Positions 12,560-24,962 of a stretch of 64,000 nt of DNA are shown in pieces. The DNA comes from Octopus vulgaris (Eukaryota). The notes below the pieces were generated by a model. That model saw nothing but the letters and a program-made list of their open reading frames with translations. It ran no database searches and was not told where the DNA came from. How positions within the stretch are numbered: position 1 is the stretch's first letter; each line of letters begins with the position of its first letter. The stretch is from assembly GCA_951406725.2 (NCBI GenBank), contig OX597819.1:134788001-134852000 (forward strand). Reading direction: 5' to 3'. Position numbers and translations under genes: made by a program.

Positions 12560-14215
12560 CACTTTTTTCTCAATGAGCTAACTTCATTCTTCACAACTCC
12601 TCAGAATTTAGCAATCTGTTTTAGTTGTACACTGACATTGCACATCCACCAAAGCATACCAACTTCATTTCTCTTTAATCTTTGCAAGTTCACTGTATCT
12701 AGAGCCCATATCTTACAATCATGTAACATTGCAGTTCATTCAAAAACATTGTATAGTGTCTCTTTCAAACGTATCTCTCTATACCTTTGCTTGCTAACTG
12801 AGGTAAAAGCTCTCTGAATTTTTTCCATCCTATTCTTATTCTTGCAATTATACTTTCAGAATGACCTCCTCCACTGTTAATTAAGTTGATTACATAACAG
12901 AAATTATCAGCACCCTTTAGAGAGTCTCCAAGGCATTTGAGAAAATCAGTTTCCCATGTATCTGAATTTTATGGCTCCTGTGTGTCTTCCACACACAAAT
13001 ACTACCTTTTCTGTTAACCTTACTGTGGTTCGACTGCATCTCTTATGTTCCTATAGCTTGCACTGGATACACTGAATGGAATTCTTATTTACACCTTTCC
13101 TACATATCAAATAGGGCTATTTACCTAAAGTGTGTAGGGTCCTGTCTGTTTTCTTGCTTACTAGGACCTTAGCCTTTGCTAAGTTAATTTTAAGGCCCTT
13201 CAGTTTCAAATTTTGCTTCCTGGAATTTCTTTCCTAGTTTTGTTACAGATTCTGCTTTGAGAGTAAGATCATCAGCATATAGTAGTTCTCAGGGGCATCC
13301 AGTTTTGAATTCCTCTGTTATGGCCTGGAGAACCTTGGTGAATACCTACCTATGTAATAATTATACCACTGTACCCATGATTAACTCTTACCCTACCAAC
13401 AGCACCCCTGTACATGGCCTGTATCACTTTCACAAGTCATTCATCTATCCCAAGCTTCTTCAGAGACCACCATATCACAGAGTGGGGTACCCTCTTGAAG
13501 GCTTTCCCTAGATCAACAAATGCGTACAGGTTTGTACTTAGCTGAATACTTCACTTGTAGTTGCCTAGCTATGTAAACCACATCTGTGGTGATTCTCCTC
13601 AATACAAAGCCAAAATGTATTTCATCTAACTTAATTCTGTTCCTAATTAATTGAGTTATAACTGTCTCCATCACCACAATCACTCAATCCAGCAATTCGA
13701 TGCCTCTGTAATTACTTTTATCTGAGGTATCACCTTTATCCTTGTAGCAGCTGACTATTTTAGTAACAGAACTCAGAATGTGGCAAAACAAGCCCTCCTC
13801 TCCTGATTGGAGGCAGCCGTATATCGCAGCCATTGTGATGTGATTTGAGGGTGTCTTTTGTCTGTCTGCACATTTGCCACACACAAAGACTATATTCACC
13901 GTTAACTTTCCTGTGATACCACTACACTTCTTGTGTGTCCATAGCTTGCACTGGGTACAACCTATGGAGTTTCTAACAATACCTTTCTTACATATGAAAC
14001 AGGGCCATCTCCCAGAAGGGACTTCTGATTTGCCCGTTTTCCTGCTTATAATAAGCAGGAAAACTTTGGTCTTTGCTAAATGAACTCTAAGGTCCTTAGA
14101 TTCCAGGCCTTGCTTCCATGCCTGAAATTTCTTCACTAGGTCAGGTAGGGATTTGGCTATAAGAACAAGGTTATCAGCATAGATAAGCTCCCAGGGGCTG
14201 CCAGTCTGCCTCTGG
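12560..14215 (-). mobile_element. Decayed RTE LINE fragments (two overlapping RT pieces)
   Basis: 'NYRGIELLD', 'ELLYADDL', 'WKQGLESKDLRVHLAKTK..GRWPCFIC' homologous to ORF 38458. Confidence 0.85.
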
Positions 14216-14517
14216 GAACTCGTCTATACTGACAAACTTGCTCTTTGTTTAACATATACATATGAGACAACATCATAGTCATTGAGCTATCTTTAAGATG
14301 TGGTCATTACTAAAATTACAGAAATATAACAGTAAACAAGGTCTCTATAAGATATGTACTTTTCTTATTCCACAATGTACTGTTTATTAAACAAGTTTTC
14401 TGTGTTGTCAAAGTTGCTGAAATAAAACAGTTAGTAAACCATTGTTGTTGTTATTGTTGTTGTTTAATATTAGTGTGATCAATAAGAAGTCAACATATTT
14501 ATCATTTATCTCTTCAG

Positions 14518-14704
14518 ATAGTAGTAATTTGAATTGGACCCTAAATCTAGATGGTTCACCAACAGAGTTGAAAGTTTGGGCAAAGGATAGTCGTGGTGCT
14601 ACATCCTTATACTGGCCAGAGATATTTTTCTGCACGTGTAAGGGAAATGGAATCTGTAAAAAACAAAGCAAATCAGAACGGATGGTTTCTGCAAAAAAAT
14701 CCAA
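14518..14704 (+). CDS. Exon 4: DSSNLNWTL...VWAKDSRGATSLYWPEIFFCTCKGNGICKK, start of the first EGF-like module
   Basis: cttcag acceptor, AA|gtatgt donor; 3' phase conflicts with exon 5 by 1 nt (see findings). Confidence 0.8.
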
Positions 14705-14738
14705 GTATGTATTTTTCTCAGTCAGTTTTCTTCTAAAT

Positions 14739-14740
<2 letters not shown>

Positions 14741-14825
<85 letters not shown>
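14741..14825. repeat. (CT)n(AT)n compound microsatellite
   Basis: Direct observation. Confidence 0.95.
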
Positions 14826-14826
<1 letters not shown>

Positions 14827-15016
14827 CATTAATATAAACGGGCTTAGTAAAATAAATTACTTTGCCACATACTGAACTCATTAGAAATAGCAGCCAAAAA
14901 AGTTTTTTAGCTATTTCTAATACTTAAAGAAAATTTCTCTCAGATAGTGCTTACTCAGAATAACCCACGAAGGTATGGGGGTAAAAAACATTAAAAAATC
15001 ACAAGTGCAAAGATTA

Positions 15017-15079
15017 TTTGAGAACGTTACGTTTCTAGATCAGCCAAATAAAATTCGACATTTCTTTCGTCAGCCCAAA
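15017..15079 (-). ncRNA. Type I hammerhead ribozyme motif with intact catalytic core
   Basis: Minus strand reads UUUGGG-CUGACGA-aAGA...UCUa-GAAACG-uaa-CGUU-CUCAAA: stem I 6 bp, stem III 3 bp, GUU triplet, short stem II. Confidence 0.65.
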
Positions 15080-15212
15080 ATTTCTTAATTTGGATTTGGA
15101 AACACTGAAAGTAGGAACATACCCTTTTGGCGACTTAACACCTCAGACGACCCGCTCAAACTGACAGTGCCAACAAATTCAAAATATGCAAGCGATTTAC
15201 CCTCAATTGTTG

Positions 15213-15247
<35 letters not shown>

Positions 15248-15749
15248 TCATCATCATCATCATCGTTTAACGTCCGTTCTCCATGCTAGCATGGGTTGGA
15301 CGGTTCGACCGGGGATCTGATAATGATAATAATAATAATAAATAAAGATTTGCAGCCAAATGTAAACACATATTTATCCTAAATACCCACGTGTGTGTTT
15401 CAAGTAATCCCACAAAAACTGCAGTTTTCGATCAGGGAGTAAACTATAATTTCAATGATAATAAGAGGGTAAAATTAATTCATTAATCAATCAATTAATT
15501 AATTAATAATTAATAAGTTTACCAAGTATTTCGGTACGTTAAAATAACTTTTTTTTAGATAAAATTATACAAATATTCTATAATTATAAACATAATTATA
15601 ATCAGGGCTGAGCTAATTGCTTCGCCATGCACCAAATTTAGAAATAGGAGTTAAATGCCTTTTCTACTACCATAAAGACTTCCCAGACAGTAACACACTT
15701 TTTTACGTAGGCAAAAAGAAAAAATAATGAATCCACACGACTCAGATTA

Positions 15750-15815
15750 GCTACGGATTAGCGTTTCGAGATTAAAGTAAAGTTATATTTACTTATTTCT
15801 CATCTTCAGTGCAGC
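15750..15815 (-). ncRNA. Hammerhead motif, left arm of the inverted repeat
   Basis: GCUGCA-CUGAAGA-uGAGA...UCUC-GAAAC-gcua-AUC-CGUAGC. Confidence 0.55.
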
Positions 15816-16014
15816 ATTTCGAAATATAAATTTGAGTGTTTAGATTAAATATGTACGCGACCAAGCGCCATCACATGACCAATATTCAACCACACTCTCA
15901 AAAATATACAGCCAAACGTGAACACATATTCTTCCTCAATACCCGTGTGTGTGTTACTATGGCGCTTGGTCGCATACATATTTAATCTAAACACTCAAAT
16001 TTATATTTCGAAAC

Positions 16015-16078
16015 GCTGCACTGAAGATGAGAAATAAGTAAATATAACTTTACTTTAATCTCGAAACACGTTTGTAGC
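16015..16078 (+). ncRNA. Hammerhead motif, right arm of the inverted repeat
   Basis: GCUGCA-CUGAAGA-uGAGA(aaguaaa/uuuacuu)UCUC-GAAAC-ac-GUU-UGUAGC; stem I 6 bp, minimal stem III. Confidence 0.65.
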
Positions 16079-16241
16079 TAATCTGAGTTGTGTGGATTCG
16101 TTATTTTTTTCTTTTTGCTTATGTAAAAAAGTGTGTTACTGTCTGGGAGATCTTTATGTTAGTAAAAAAAAAAAGCATTTAACTCCTATTTCTAAATTTG
16201 GTGCATGGCGAAGCAATTAGCTGACCCCTGATTATAATTAT

Positions 16242-16459
16242 TACTCTTTTACTTGTTTCATTCATTTTTACTGTGGCCATGCTGGAGCACCGCCTTTAGT
16301 CAAGCAAATCGACCCCAGGACTTATTGTTTGTAAGCCTAGTACTTATTCTATCGGTCCTTTTGCTGAACTGCTAAGTTACGGGATGTAAACACACCAGCA
16401 TCGGTTGTCAAGCGATGCTGGGGGAACAAACACAGACACACAAACATATACACACACAC

Positions 16460-16500
<41 letters not shown>

Positions 16501-16680
16501 CATACATACATATATACGACGGGTTTCTTTCAGTTTCCATCTACCAAATCCACTCACAAAGCTTTGTTCGGCCCGAGGCTATAGTAGAAGACACTTGCCC
16601 AAGGTGCCATGCAGTAGGACTGAACCTGGAACCATGTGGTTTGTAAGCAAGCTACTTACCACACAGCCACTCCTATGCCT
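16242..16680 (-). mobile_element. tRNA-derived SINE (family B), full length, with internal (CA)/(TA) microsatellite
   Basis: Minus-strand head aggagtggctgtgtggtaag (A-box-like)...ggttcagtcc (B-box-like), then CORE-like ccttgggcaagt; at least 6 copies in the window. Confidence 0.85.
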
Positions 16681-16983
16681 ATAGGTAAAGATCCCCTCGG
16701 TGGAATTTGAACTCAGAACGAAATACCGCTGAGCATTTCGCTCGGCATGCTAGTGTTTCTGCCAGAATATATATATATATATAGTAACAGAAAAGAGGAA
16801 TTTTGATTATCCCCACGTGGTGAGTTGTAATGTATATAAGAAATTAAAAATTAAAAGATATATATTCAAATAAGTAAAACATAATATCATGAATAGCGAT
16901 AGCGAAACCGGTCGATATATTAAAAATTATGTTAAAACTATGTAAGTGTGCGTATTTTCCTTTTTAATTTCTTATATATATAT

Positions 16984-17073
16984 ATTGGATGGTGCTTTTT
17001 ACATGCCACCGGCACAAGGCCAGTCGGGCGGCGCTGGCAACGGCCACGTTCGGATGGTTCTCTTACGTACCAC

Positions 17074-17117
<44 letters not shown>

Positions 17118-17207
17118 GTGGTACGTAAGAGAACCATCCGAACGTGGCCGTTGCCAGCGCCGCCCGACTGGCCTTGTGCCGGTGGCATGTAAAAAGCACC
17201 ATCCAAT
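16984..17207. repeat. Perfect 224-bp palindrome centred on (TA)n
   Basis: Arms are exact reverse complements; the same peptides appear on both strands in the ORF track. Confidence 0.95.
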
Positions 17208-17404
17208 CGTGGCCATTTGCCAGCCTCATCTGGCACGTAAGAAGCACCCACTACACTCACGGAGTTGTTGGCATTAGGAAGGGCATCCAGCCGTAGAAAC
17301 ATTGCCAGATCAGACTGGGTCTGGTGCAGCTTTCTGGCTTCCCAGACCCCACTTGAACTGTCCAACCCATGCTAGCATGGAAAGCGGACGCTAAACGATG
17401 ATGA
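17112..17404 (+). mobile_element. RTE 3'-tail short repeat (family A), young copy inserted in (TA)n
   Basis: CpG-rich; ends gctagcatggaaagcggacgctaaacgatgatg. Confidence 0.85.
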
Positions 17405-17734
17405 TATATATATTTACACATATATATATGTTATATATCTATATATTAAGAAAATTGAGTTAGTCAGAATTTTGGATAATTATTTATTTGGTGTTTTCAT
17501 CTAGCTTCGGAGAATCATCAGGAATGATATTTTCACAGAGAATTTATGAGTTAGTTGAAAAAGTCTGGAGCAGAATTGAAATGAGAATGTTCTGTGCTAT
17601 TCTGAATCTACGTGTGTGTGTGTGTGTGTGTGTTTGGTGAATTTTTGGAGGCTTGGTTAGTGGAAGAAGAATGGGAAAAGGCAAGAAAAACAGCAATGAA
17701 AACAGAAAGAGAAAAGAAGAAAGATAGACCTTGT

Positions 17735-18967
17735 TATTGCTGAATCCTTACCAGAACCAGAGAAGAAATTTCAAGTGTGGAAGCAATGAATTGAATTAAA
17801 GGCCCTTAGGGTTCATTTAGCAAAGACCAAAGTCTTGATAAGTAGGAAAACAGATACATCACAGATCTCTTCAGGGAGATGGCCCTGCTCAATATGTAGA
17901 AAAGGTGTCAAGAGAAGTTCCACATGGTATACTCAGTGCATACTAGGGACACATAAAAGGTGTCATTGGAAGACTCACAGAGAAAGTAGTCTTCACATGT
18001 GGCAGATGTGCAGGTACATTAAACACCAGGAATAAACAAAATATAAGCTCCTTCAAATATAAGGTAAGGATCCTTAGAAGTAGTGGACAGTTTCTGTCAC
18101 TTGGGTAACTGAGTTTGTTGTAGTAGAGGTTGATCCGAAAGCACATCTGCTAGAATAAGAATGGACTGGGCAAAGTTCAGAGAGCTTCTACCTCTATTAG
18201 TAATGAAGAGCCTCTCCCTCAGAGTAAAAGGCAGAATAGATGATGCCTGTGTACATACAGCTATTCTACATGGCAGTGAGACATGGGCTGTGACTACTGA
18301 GGACATGTGAAAGCTTGAAAGAAATGAAGCCAGTCTGCTGTGCTGGCTGGGTAATGTCAGTGTACATATAAAGCAAAGTATAAGAGATTTGAGATAAAAA
18401 CTGGATGTAAAGAAGCATCCGATGTAGCCTGCAGAAGTGGACATTCCATCTGATGGTACGGTCATGTAATGACTGCACTGGTATGGCCATGTAATGCATA
18501 GGAATGAAGATAGTTGTATCAAGAGGTGCTGATCTCTAATTGTGGAAGGAGTAGACCCATGAAGACATGGGACAATGTAGTAAGAAAGGATCTTCAGAGG
18601 GAATAGCAGGGGACCAAGACACCTGATGGTTTGCTGTGCTTGAAAAGACATGTGAAGCTCAGTAAATCCATGGTCATCCTTGTACACAGGCACGTCCCTT
18701 GCATCCTTCTGCAGCTGAGTATTCTTAATCTTGCAGGGCTCATGGCAGATGGTGTCACATAAACACCCCTATACCAGTGCTGCATAAAAGCACTCAGCAC
18801 ACCCTGTGAAGTGGTTGGCATCAAGAAGGGTATCCAGCCATAGAAACCATACCAAAACAGACAATTGGAGCCAAAACCGACATAACCAGCTCTCCAGCCT
18901 TGCCAGCTCCTGTCAAACCAACCAACCCATGCCAGCATGGAAAGCATGTCGAATGATGATGATGATG
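17735..18967 (+). mobile_element. Decayed RTE LINE 3' fragment
   Basis: GRWPCSICRKGV, WAKFRELLPLL, LYGSETWAV-like segments, 3'UTR and (ATG)n. Confidence 0.85.
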
Positions 18968-19056
18968 GTTTTCTGTTTTTCCATAAATGTATGATTTTGT
19001 GTTGATCTATTTTATTTTTCAGTTTTGTGTACTTATAACTATGTTTTGTTTTTTAG

Positions 19057-19242
19057 TACGTTTCTATGGCCTGCGTTGTACCTGCTCTGAAGGTTACACT
19101 GGAGCAGACTGCAATACTATGATTGACATGTGCACCACTAAACCTTGCTATCATGGAGTCAGTTGTAATTCTTCGCTCGGAGAACAGGAGATGTGTGGAT
19201 CTTGTCCAACTGGCTTGAGTGGAAATGGCCGGGTTTGCTATG
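19057..19242 (+). CDS. Exon 5: end of EGF1 plus EGF2 (RFYGLRCTCSEGYTGADC...IDMCTTKPCYHGVSC...CGSCPTGLSGNGRVCY)
   Basis: ttttag acceptor; G|gcaagt GC donor needed for phase 1; EGF cysteine spacing. Confidence 0.9.
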
Positions 19243-19669
19243 GCAAGTAACTTTATTCATCTTATTTTCTGAGTCTATAATAAAGACATAAAATTTCTAA
19301 TCTCTTCCAGTTCAAATATTTCCATGCATGCAAAAGCACAGTTTGAATTACGTCAACATTGTAGAACAATATTAGAAAATTGGACGGTAAACCAATATTT
19401 CCTAATACTTCTTCACAACTGGTATTAGACATTATAAGCTCTGATATCAGACTAAGGAAAAGCGATCCACCAATGGAATTTGATCCGTGTACCTACTGAT
19501 TGTTACCTGACTACATATTGATTATAGAGTGCATGCCAGTCCATCTTCTCAAATTAGGTTTTGTAAATGTTGTTGTTTTTTTCTCCCTCTCTTAATTTAT
19601 ATCCCAGTTGCCACTTAAGTTAGTCTGCTATTTCATGGCCAGCACTTTGTTGTTGTATATAATCTTTAA

Positions 19670-19889
19670 CCCTTTAGCATTTAATCCGGCCATATCCAGC
19701 CCCAATACTCCACCTGTTTTATATTAAAACTGTCTGGATCCAACCTCTCACACCTACCCTACATTGCCATTTTAAAAATACATGGCCACACCATTTAAAT
19801 TTTGAAGTTGTAAAATAATATGTGATTAATTCAAAACAGTAGGAATAAATGAGCAATAAATTTCACAAAGAAGTCTGAATGCTAAAGAG
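19670..19889. mobile_element. piggyBac-type MITE
   Basis: TTAA|ccctttagcatt ... aatgctaaagag|TTAA. Confidence 0.75.
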
Positions 19890-20094
19890 TTAAAGCAGCA
19901 GTCCAACAAACAAGAGATGCAGAGTTTAAGACCTGCCAACAGGTCTGTTTCTATTTTCCTTGATTTGGTCATTATTATATCCAATATCTTTTATTCTAAA
20001 ATCTCAGCTGCTATTTTGTAAACTGTTCATAATCATGGAGTTGGTTCTCTTAAGAAACATTAAAGCAACGTAGAGAGCTCCTTCTATTAACTGG

Positions 20095-20385
20095 GACTTG
20101 ATCAGTTCCAACAACACGGGTTCAAGTTGATCTGGTCAACGGAACAGCATGCTTGTGAAAATAATGTGCAGATGGCTGAATACTCCACAGACACATGTGC
20201 CCTTAATGTAGTTCTCGGGGAGATTCAGCATGACACAGAAAGGGGCAGGGCTGCCCCCCCCTTTGAATTACAAGTACAATTCATTTTTGCCAGCTGAGTG
20301 AACTGAAGCAATGTGAAATAAAGTGTCTTGCTCAAGGACACAACCTACCACTGGGAATCAACCTCCCCTCTTAATCACTAAGCTA
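20095..20385 (-). mobile_element. SINE (family C) fragment
   Basis: Reverse complement of the tail at about 33660-33815. Confidence 0.65.
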
Positions 20386-20692
20386 TGTGACTGACAAAAC
20401 TAGTGAGGTCATAGAGATAAAATGTGAACCAGTGTAAACTGAGTCCAGCACCTCCCCCCCCCCCAGACAATAGTCACAGTCAGTGATTGATGTTCACAAG
20501 GGGTGGGCGTGGGGGTTGAAATGCAGAAAGAAATACATTATCTAACATAATTCAGATAAATTTTGAAAGCTCTTCCTTCCTCTACAAACTCACTGATCAT
20601 CATCATCATAAATATTTCTAAAAGTCATTTTAAGACTACATGTATTGCCCTGTACGTACAAATATTGCCCTTTAAGATTGACTAAAAATCTA

Positions 20693-21850
20693 TTAGGTTG
20701 GCAACTAAGTTCCTGCCGTTTTTTTAATTAAAATTTTTTAAAAGGTTTAATAAAAAATAACAACTAATTAATCAATAATGTATTCACTCTTGTTGTTTAC
20801 AACTTCTTCCCAATATTCAACAAGATTTTCAATGCCTCGTTGGTAGAAATCACCCGATTTCGACTCGAAAAATTGATCCAACCAAGCTCTCAATTTTGCA
20901 TCAGTATTGAATGAAACTACGTGCATAGCATTTGAAAGAGCTCGAAAGAGGTGGAAATCTTAGTGCCAAATCAGGAGAGTACGGCGGGTGCGGCAGCACT
21001 TCCTAGTCATGCGTTTGAATGGCGTCCTTGGTCATATTGGCAATATGAGGGCAGGCATTGTCGTGCAGCAGAAGAACTCCACGCTGACGATTTGGTCTCT
21101 TCTCTTGAATAGCCATGTTGAGTTGTTCCATCTGTTGAACATAGAATATCATGTTGACCATGTGGTTCCATTCAAGCAATTCGTAATGGATAATCCCTTC
21201 CGAGTCTCACCATACACACAACATCGTTTTACGCGGATGAAGATCTTGTTTCATGCACGGTGTCGCTTGTTTACCAGGGCTAAGCCATTCCTTACGCTGC
21301 TTCAATATTGATGTACAGGCACCATTTTTCGTCGCCAGTAACGATTCAGTAAAGAAATCGTTGCTTGTGTCCATGTGTTGAGCGGTGATGAGCAAGCAAA
21401 CCAGCAGAGATTGTGGCTCATTGATTTTTGTTGTTGTCACTTAAAGCATGCAGAACCCATGCTCCATACTTCTGAACCTTTCCCATTGAGTAAAAATGCT
21501 TCTCTATAGTATTGTGGGAGCATTTCATTTTCTCTGCCAGTTCCCTTGTCGTTTGACGAGAATTTTCGTGCAAAAGTTGGTTTAATCACACTTCATCAAA
21601 CTCAACTGGACGGCCAGAACGAGGTGCATCTTTGAGGTCAAAATTTCCATTTTTGAATTTAGCATACCAGTCATGAGCAGTTCTTTTAGCTATGGCACCC
21701 TCTCCATACACTGTACAAATGTTGCGAGCAGCTTTTGGAGCCTTAGAACCTTGATTAAAAGCAAAGAGAAGGAGGTGTCGAAAATATTTGTTTTTCTTAA
21801 CTTGACATTCCATTTTAATGATCTGAAAATAAACAAAAATAAACTAAAAT
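20693..21850 (-). mobile_element. Mariner (DD34D-type) transposon, frameshifted
   Basis: TA|ttaggttggcaactaagt TIR; ORF pieces FRHLLLFAF..ICTVYGEGAI..FKNGNFDLKDAPRSGRP and KQDLHPRKTMLCVW. Confidence 0.9.
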
Positions 21851-22292
21851 TAACTAGAAAAAAAAAATAGATTCCAAAATTATTCAAAAATAGAATTCTT
21901 GAAAAAAATAGATTCCAAAATTTAAAAAAACTGAATACAATTGAAATTTAGTATAAACAACAATACAAATGATAAAGTTAGATGTAAGTATGCTACTAAG
22001 TTGGCTTCTAGCACTGAAAACATGGATGGTAGAGAACATTCCTTGAGACTTCTTGCTCTTTTTTATTTGAACGTTAACTGAAAATTATTAGATCCACAAC
22101 AGCTTAAACAAGTAACAATAAAACATTTGCCGTCTGAATTGTTAAAATTTTACTAACTTCATCTTTATGATTAATTGTTAAGGTTCTAGAAATAACTGAT
22201 TTTAGAAATGTTTTTGAAATTGAAAAGACAGGAATTGAACAAATAAAATTGACTTAATATTAATCTTTTACTGTTTTTATTCTTTATTACAG

Positions 22293-22412
22293 ATAAAGAT
22301 TTCTGTTCAAAAGGAGTTTGTAGTCAGAAGTGCAAAGACAATATTGGGGATACTTATGTTTGTTCTTGTAGAAATGGTTATAAACTTGCTGCTGATAATA
22401 AAACATGTGAAG
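22293..22412 (+). CDS. Exon 6: EGF ([40 protein letters not shown])
   Basis: ttacag acceptor, G|gtgagt donor, 120 nt, phase 1 to 1, 6 Cys; not in the ORF track. Confidence 0.92.
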
Positions 22413-23653
22413 GTGAGTTTTATTTCTTTCTTTAATCGTCTTTGAGCTGAACACTGTCATTTCCCTTATTTAATAATTCTTCAGATTAAAAATGTGGAAT
22501 GTAAGATATTTCAGAAAATAAAATTTTCGAGAATATGCTTTGATGAGAGCTTCTGATAATACAATTCTAGATGAATTTTGCTTATATTTTCATTTGTCAA
22601 AATTCTCCTGTTTTCTTTATTTTGAAGTCAAACCAATATGTGTCTGCTTTTGGGTTATAACCTCTTTGCAGAGTTGCAGGGCCACATTGAGCTCCAATGT
22701 CATCTCTGGCATAATTTATATGACTGGACACCTTTCCTAATGCCAATCACTTTACAGAGTGTACCAGGTGCTTTTTTCATATCGCTGGTTACTAGTGAGG
22801 TTGCCAGGTAACTTGCAGGACAGAATAGAGATGGAAAGGGAGGGAAAAGCTCCCACAACTGTGAAGTATTTGGGAGGGGAAGGTGGAGATGAATGGCTGT
22901 CTGCCAGGCTAAAGTATGATAGAGGGTCAAGCAGAGGGGCCTTGCTATAGAGGAGATATACATGGCTGAAGGAAATAAGAGGAAGGTAGCAATGGGATGC
23001 TGAAGCAAACTCACAAGAAGGTGAGGAGGAGGAGGAGGAGAGTGGATGCTTTCATAAGAGTGTGATGAGGAGTAGACAGGTGGGGGTTGAAGAACAAGGG
23101 TGGAGGTGCAGATGATGAGAAATAGCATTATGTAGAGGAGTAAGGTGAGAGATGTAAGAGAGGCTGAAGAAAGAGAGTAGAACAGAAAGTTGTAGAATGT
23201 TGGGTAAGGAGAAGGAGAGGCGCATAAAGGGCTGCAGTAAGTTGGTTATGATGATAGATATGGAAGGGTTTAGAGAATGACCCCTAAGAAATGTGTGGTG
23301 TATTACTGAGCTGAAGAATATCCACCCATCACAGCAGAATTGATATCATAAAACAAGGTGTCTTGTAAAAAGTATTGGCGATGGTGCCATGTAAAAAGCA
23401 TCCGGTACACTCTGTAAAGTGGTTGGCATTGGGAAGGGGGATCCAGCTGTAGAAACCCTATCAAATCAGATTATGGAATCCGGTGTGGGCCCTCGTCTTG
23501 CCAGTTCCTGTTAAGCTGTCCAACCCATGCCAACATGGAAAATGGATGCTAAATGATGATGATGATACATTCATGCATATTGTTATTTTGTTATCCATGA
23601 ATATTTATGCAAACATGTGCACACACATATATAACCATAATTTCTCCCATGCA

Positions 23654-23684
<31 letters not shown>

Positions 23685-24962
23685 CACAGTCACATGTGTA
23701 CTTGCTGTCATGTTTTGAACTCTTAAGCAATTTATAACAAATACGGTACATTTGTTTAAATAATTAAAAACCTCCCGTCACATGGCATGCACAAGTTTTA
23801 TGTGAACTTGTCCCTTTTCTTTCTATATATTGCAATTAAAATAAATGGGGCACACAATTGATTCCATTGCTACAGGATTGCCGTTGATCACCCTTCATGG
23901 TGTCTTTAACAGAAATTTAGGGTTATAATAGAAACCACTTGGACTTATAAGATAGATTGATCAACTGGTAGTTAGACAGATAGATAGATAGATAGGTGAT
24001 ATTATATATTACTATCACTAAAGGCTGTTCAATTCTGATGGAAAATTAGTGGTAGAAGAGGATCTGGACGAGACTGAAGGAAACATGAAGCGATGATAAG
24101 GTCACATTATTATCAGCAAGACACACACACACACACACACACACAGAGGCTGTAAGCAAAATAAAGTTGCTTAGCTTAATTACTAGGATAGGTTGGATGG
24201 ATCTACTGTGGAGACTATTATCAATTGTCTCAGTCCTTTTTATAAGGTCCATCATCTTAAGATCTGAGTCTTCATTACTTTATAACATATTTATCTCACT
24301 CACTCATCTCTCTTGCCAGTTCATATTTTCAAAGACAGGCCCTTCTCTTAGATTTCTTCTACTTTTCCTCACAAAACCAATGCTTTATTCTTATTGCATT
24401 TTCTCAAAAGTAATCAAAGCTCAATAACTGGAAGTCTCGGCTACGTTTGCTTCATTTTTACACAACTCGAATAATTTGTAAGAATTTTTTTCTGATAATT
24501 TAGTTATCTGGTGTTTGAGTTGTTCTATCTTCATGAAAATCGGGATCCAACTCAGCACTGACTTCTTGAACTATTTCAATACATCAATACCTGTTTCATT
24601 GACATTTCTTAGGTTTATTTTCAAATTGTCTTTTCCCTGTAAATTCTAATTTTTTTTCTACTCTGGCCAATTTTGGTACCATGAAAGTAGTCAGAGCCAG
24701 GAAGAATAGTTTATGAACTAAACTGAGATGGACATTTTTGAAAATTTTTATTTATTCATATTGGTTCCATTCTTATGGTTTATCACCCACTTTGTCCTTA
24801 TATTTCGATACAAGTTCCTGTAGATTTAGTTATTCTTCAGATATTCTATAGAAGTCTTTTGATTCAAGGAACAGGCTTGAACCATACAGTCAAATTCCTT
24901 CTTGGAATCTAAATAGTATGTTCTGCATTTTTGCCATTCAAAGGACAATTTTACTAATTATT

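Larger units (their letters stand above)
15593..16241. mobile_element. Long inverted repeat (about 280-bp arms, about 87-bp spacer), probably inverted Penelope pseudo-LTRs, each arm with a hammerhead motif
   Basis: 15593-15871 is the near-perfect reverse complement of 15959-16241. Confidence 0.8.
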
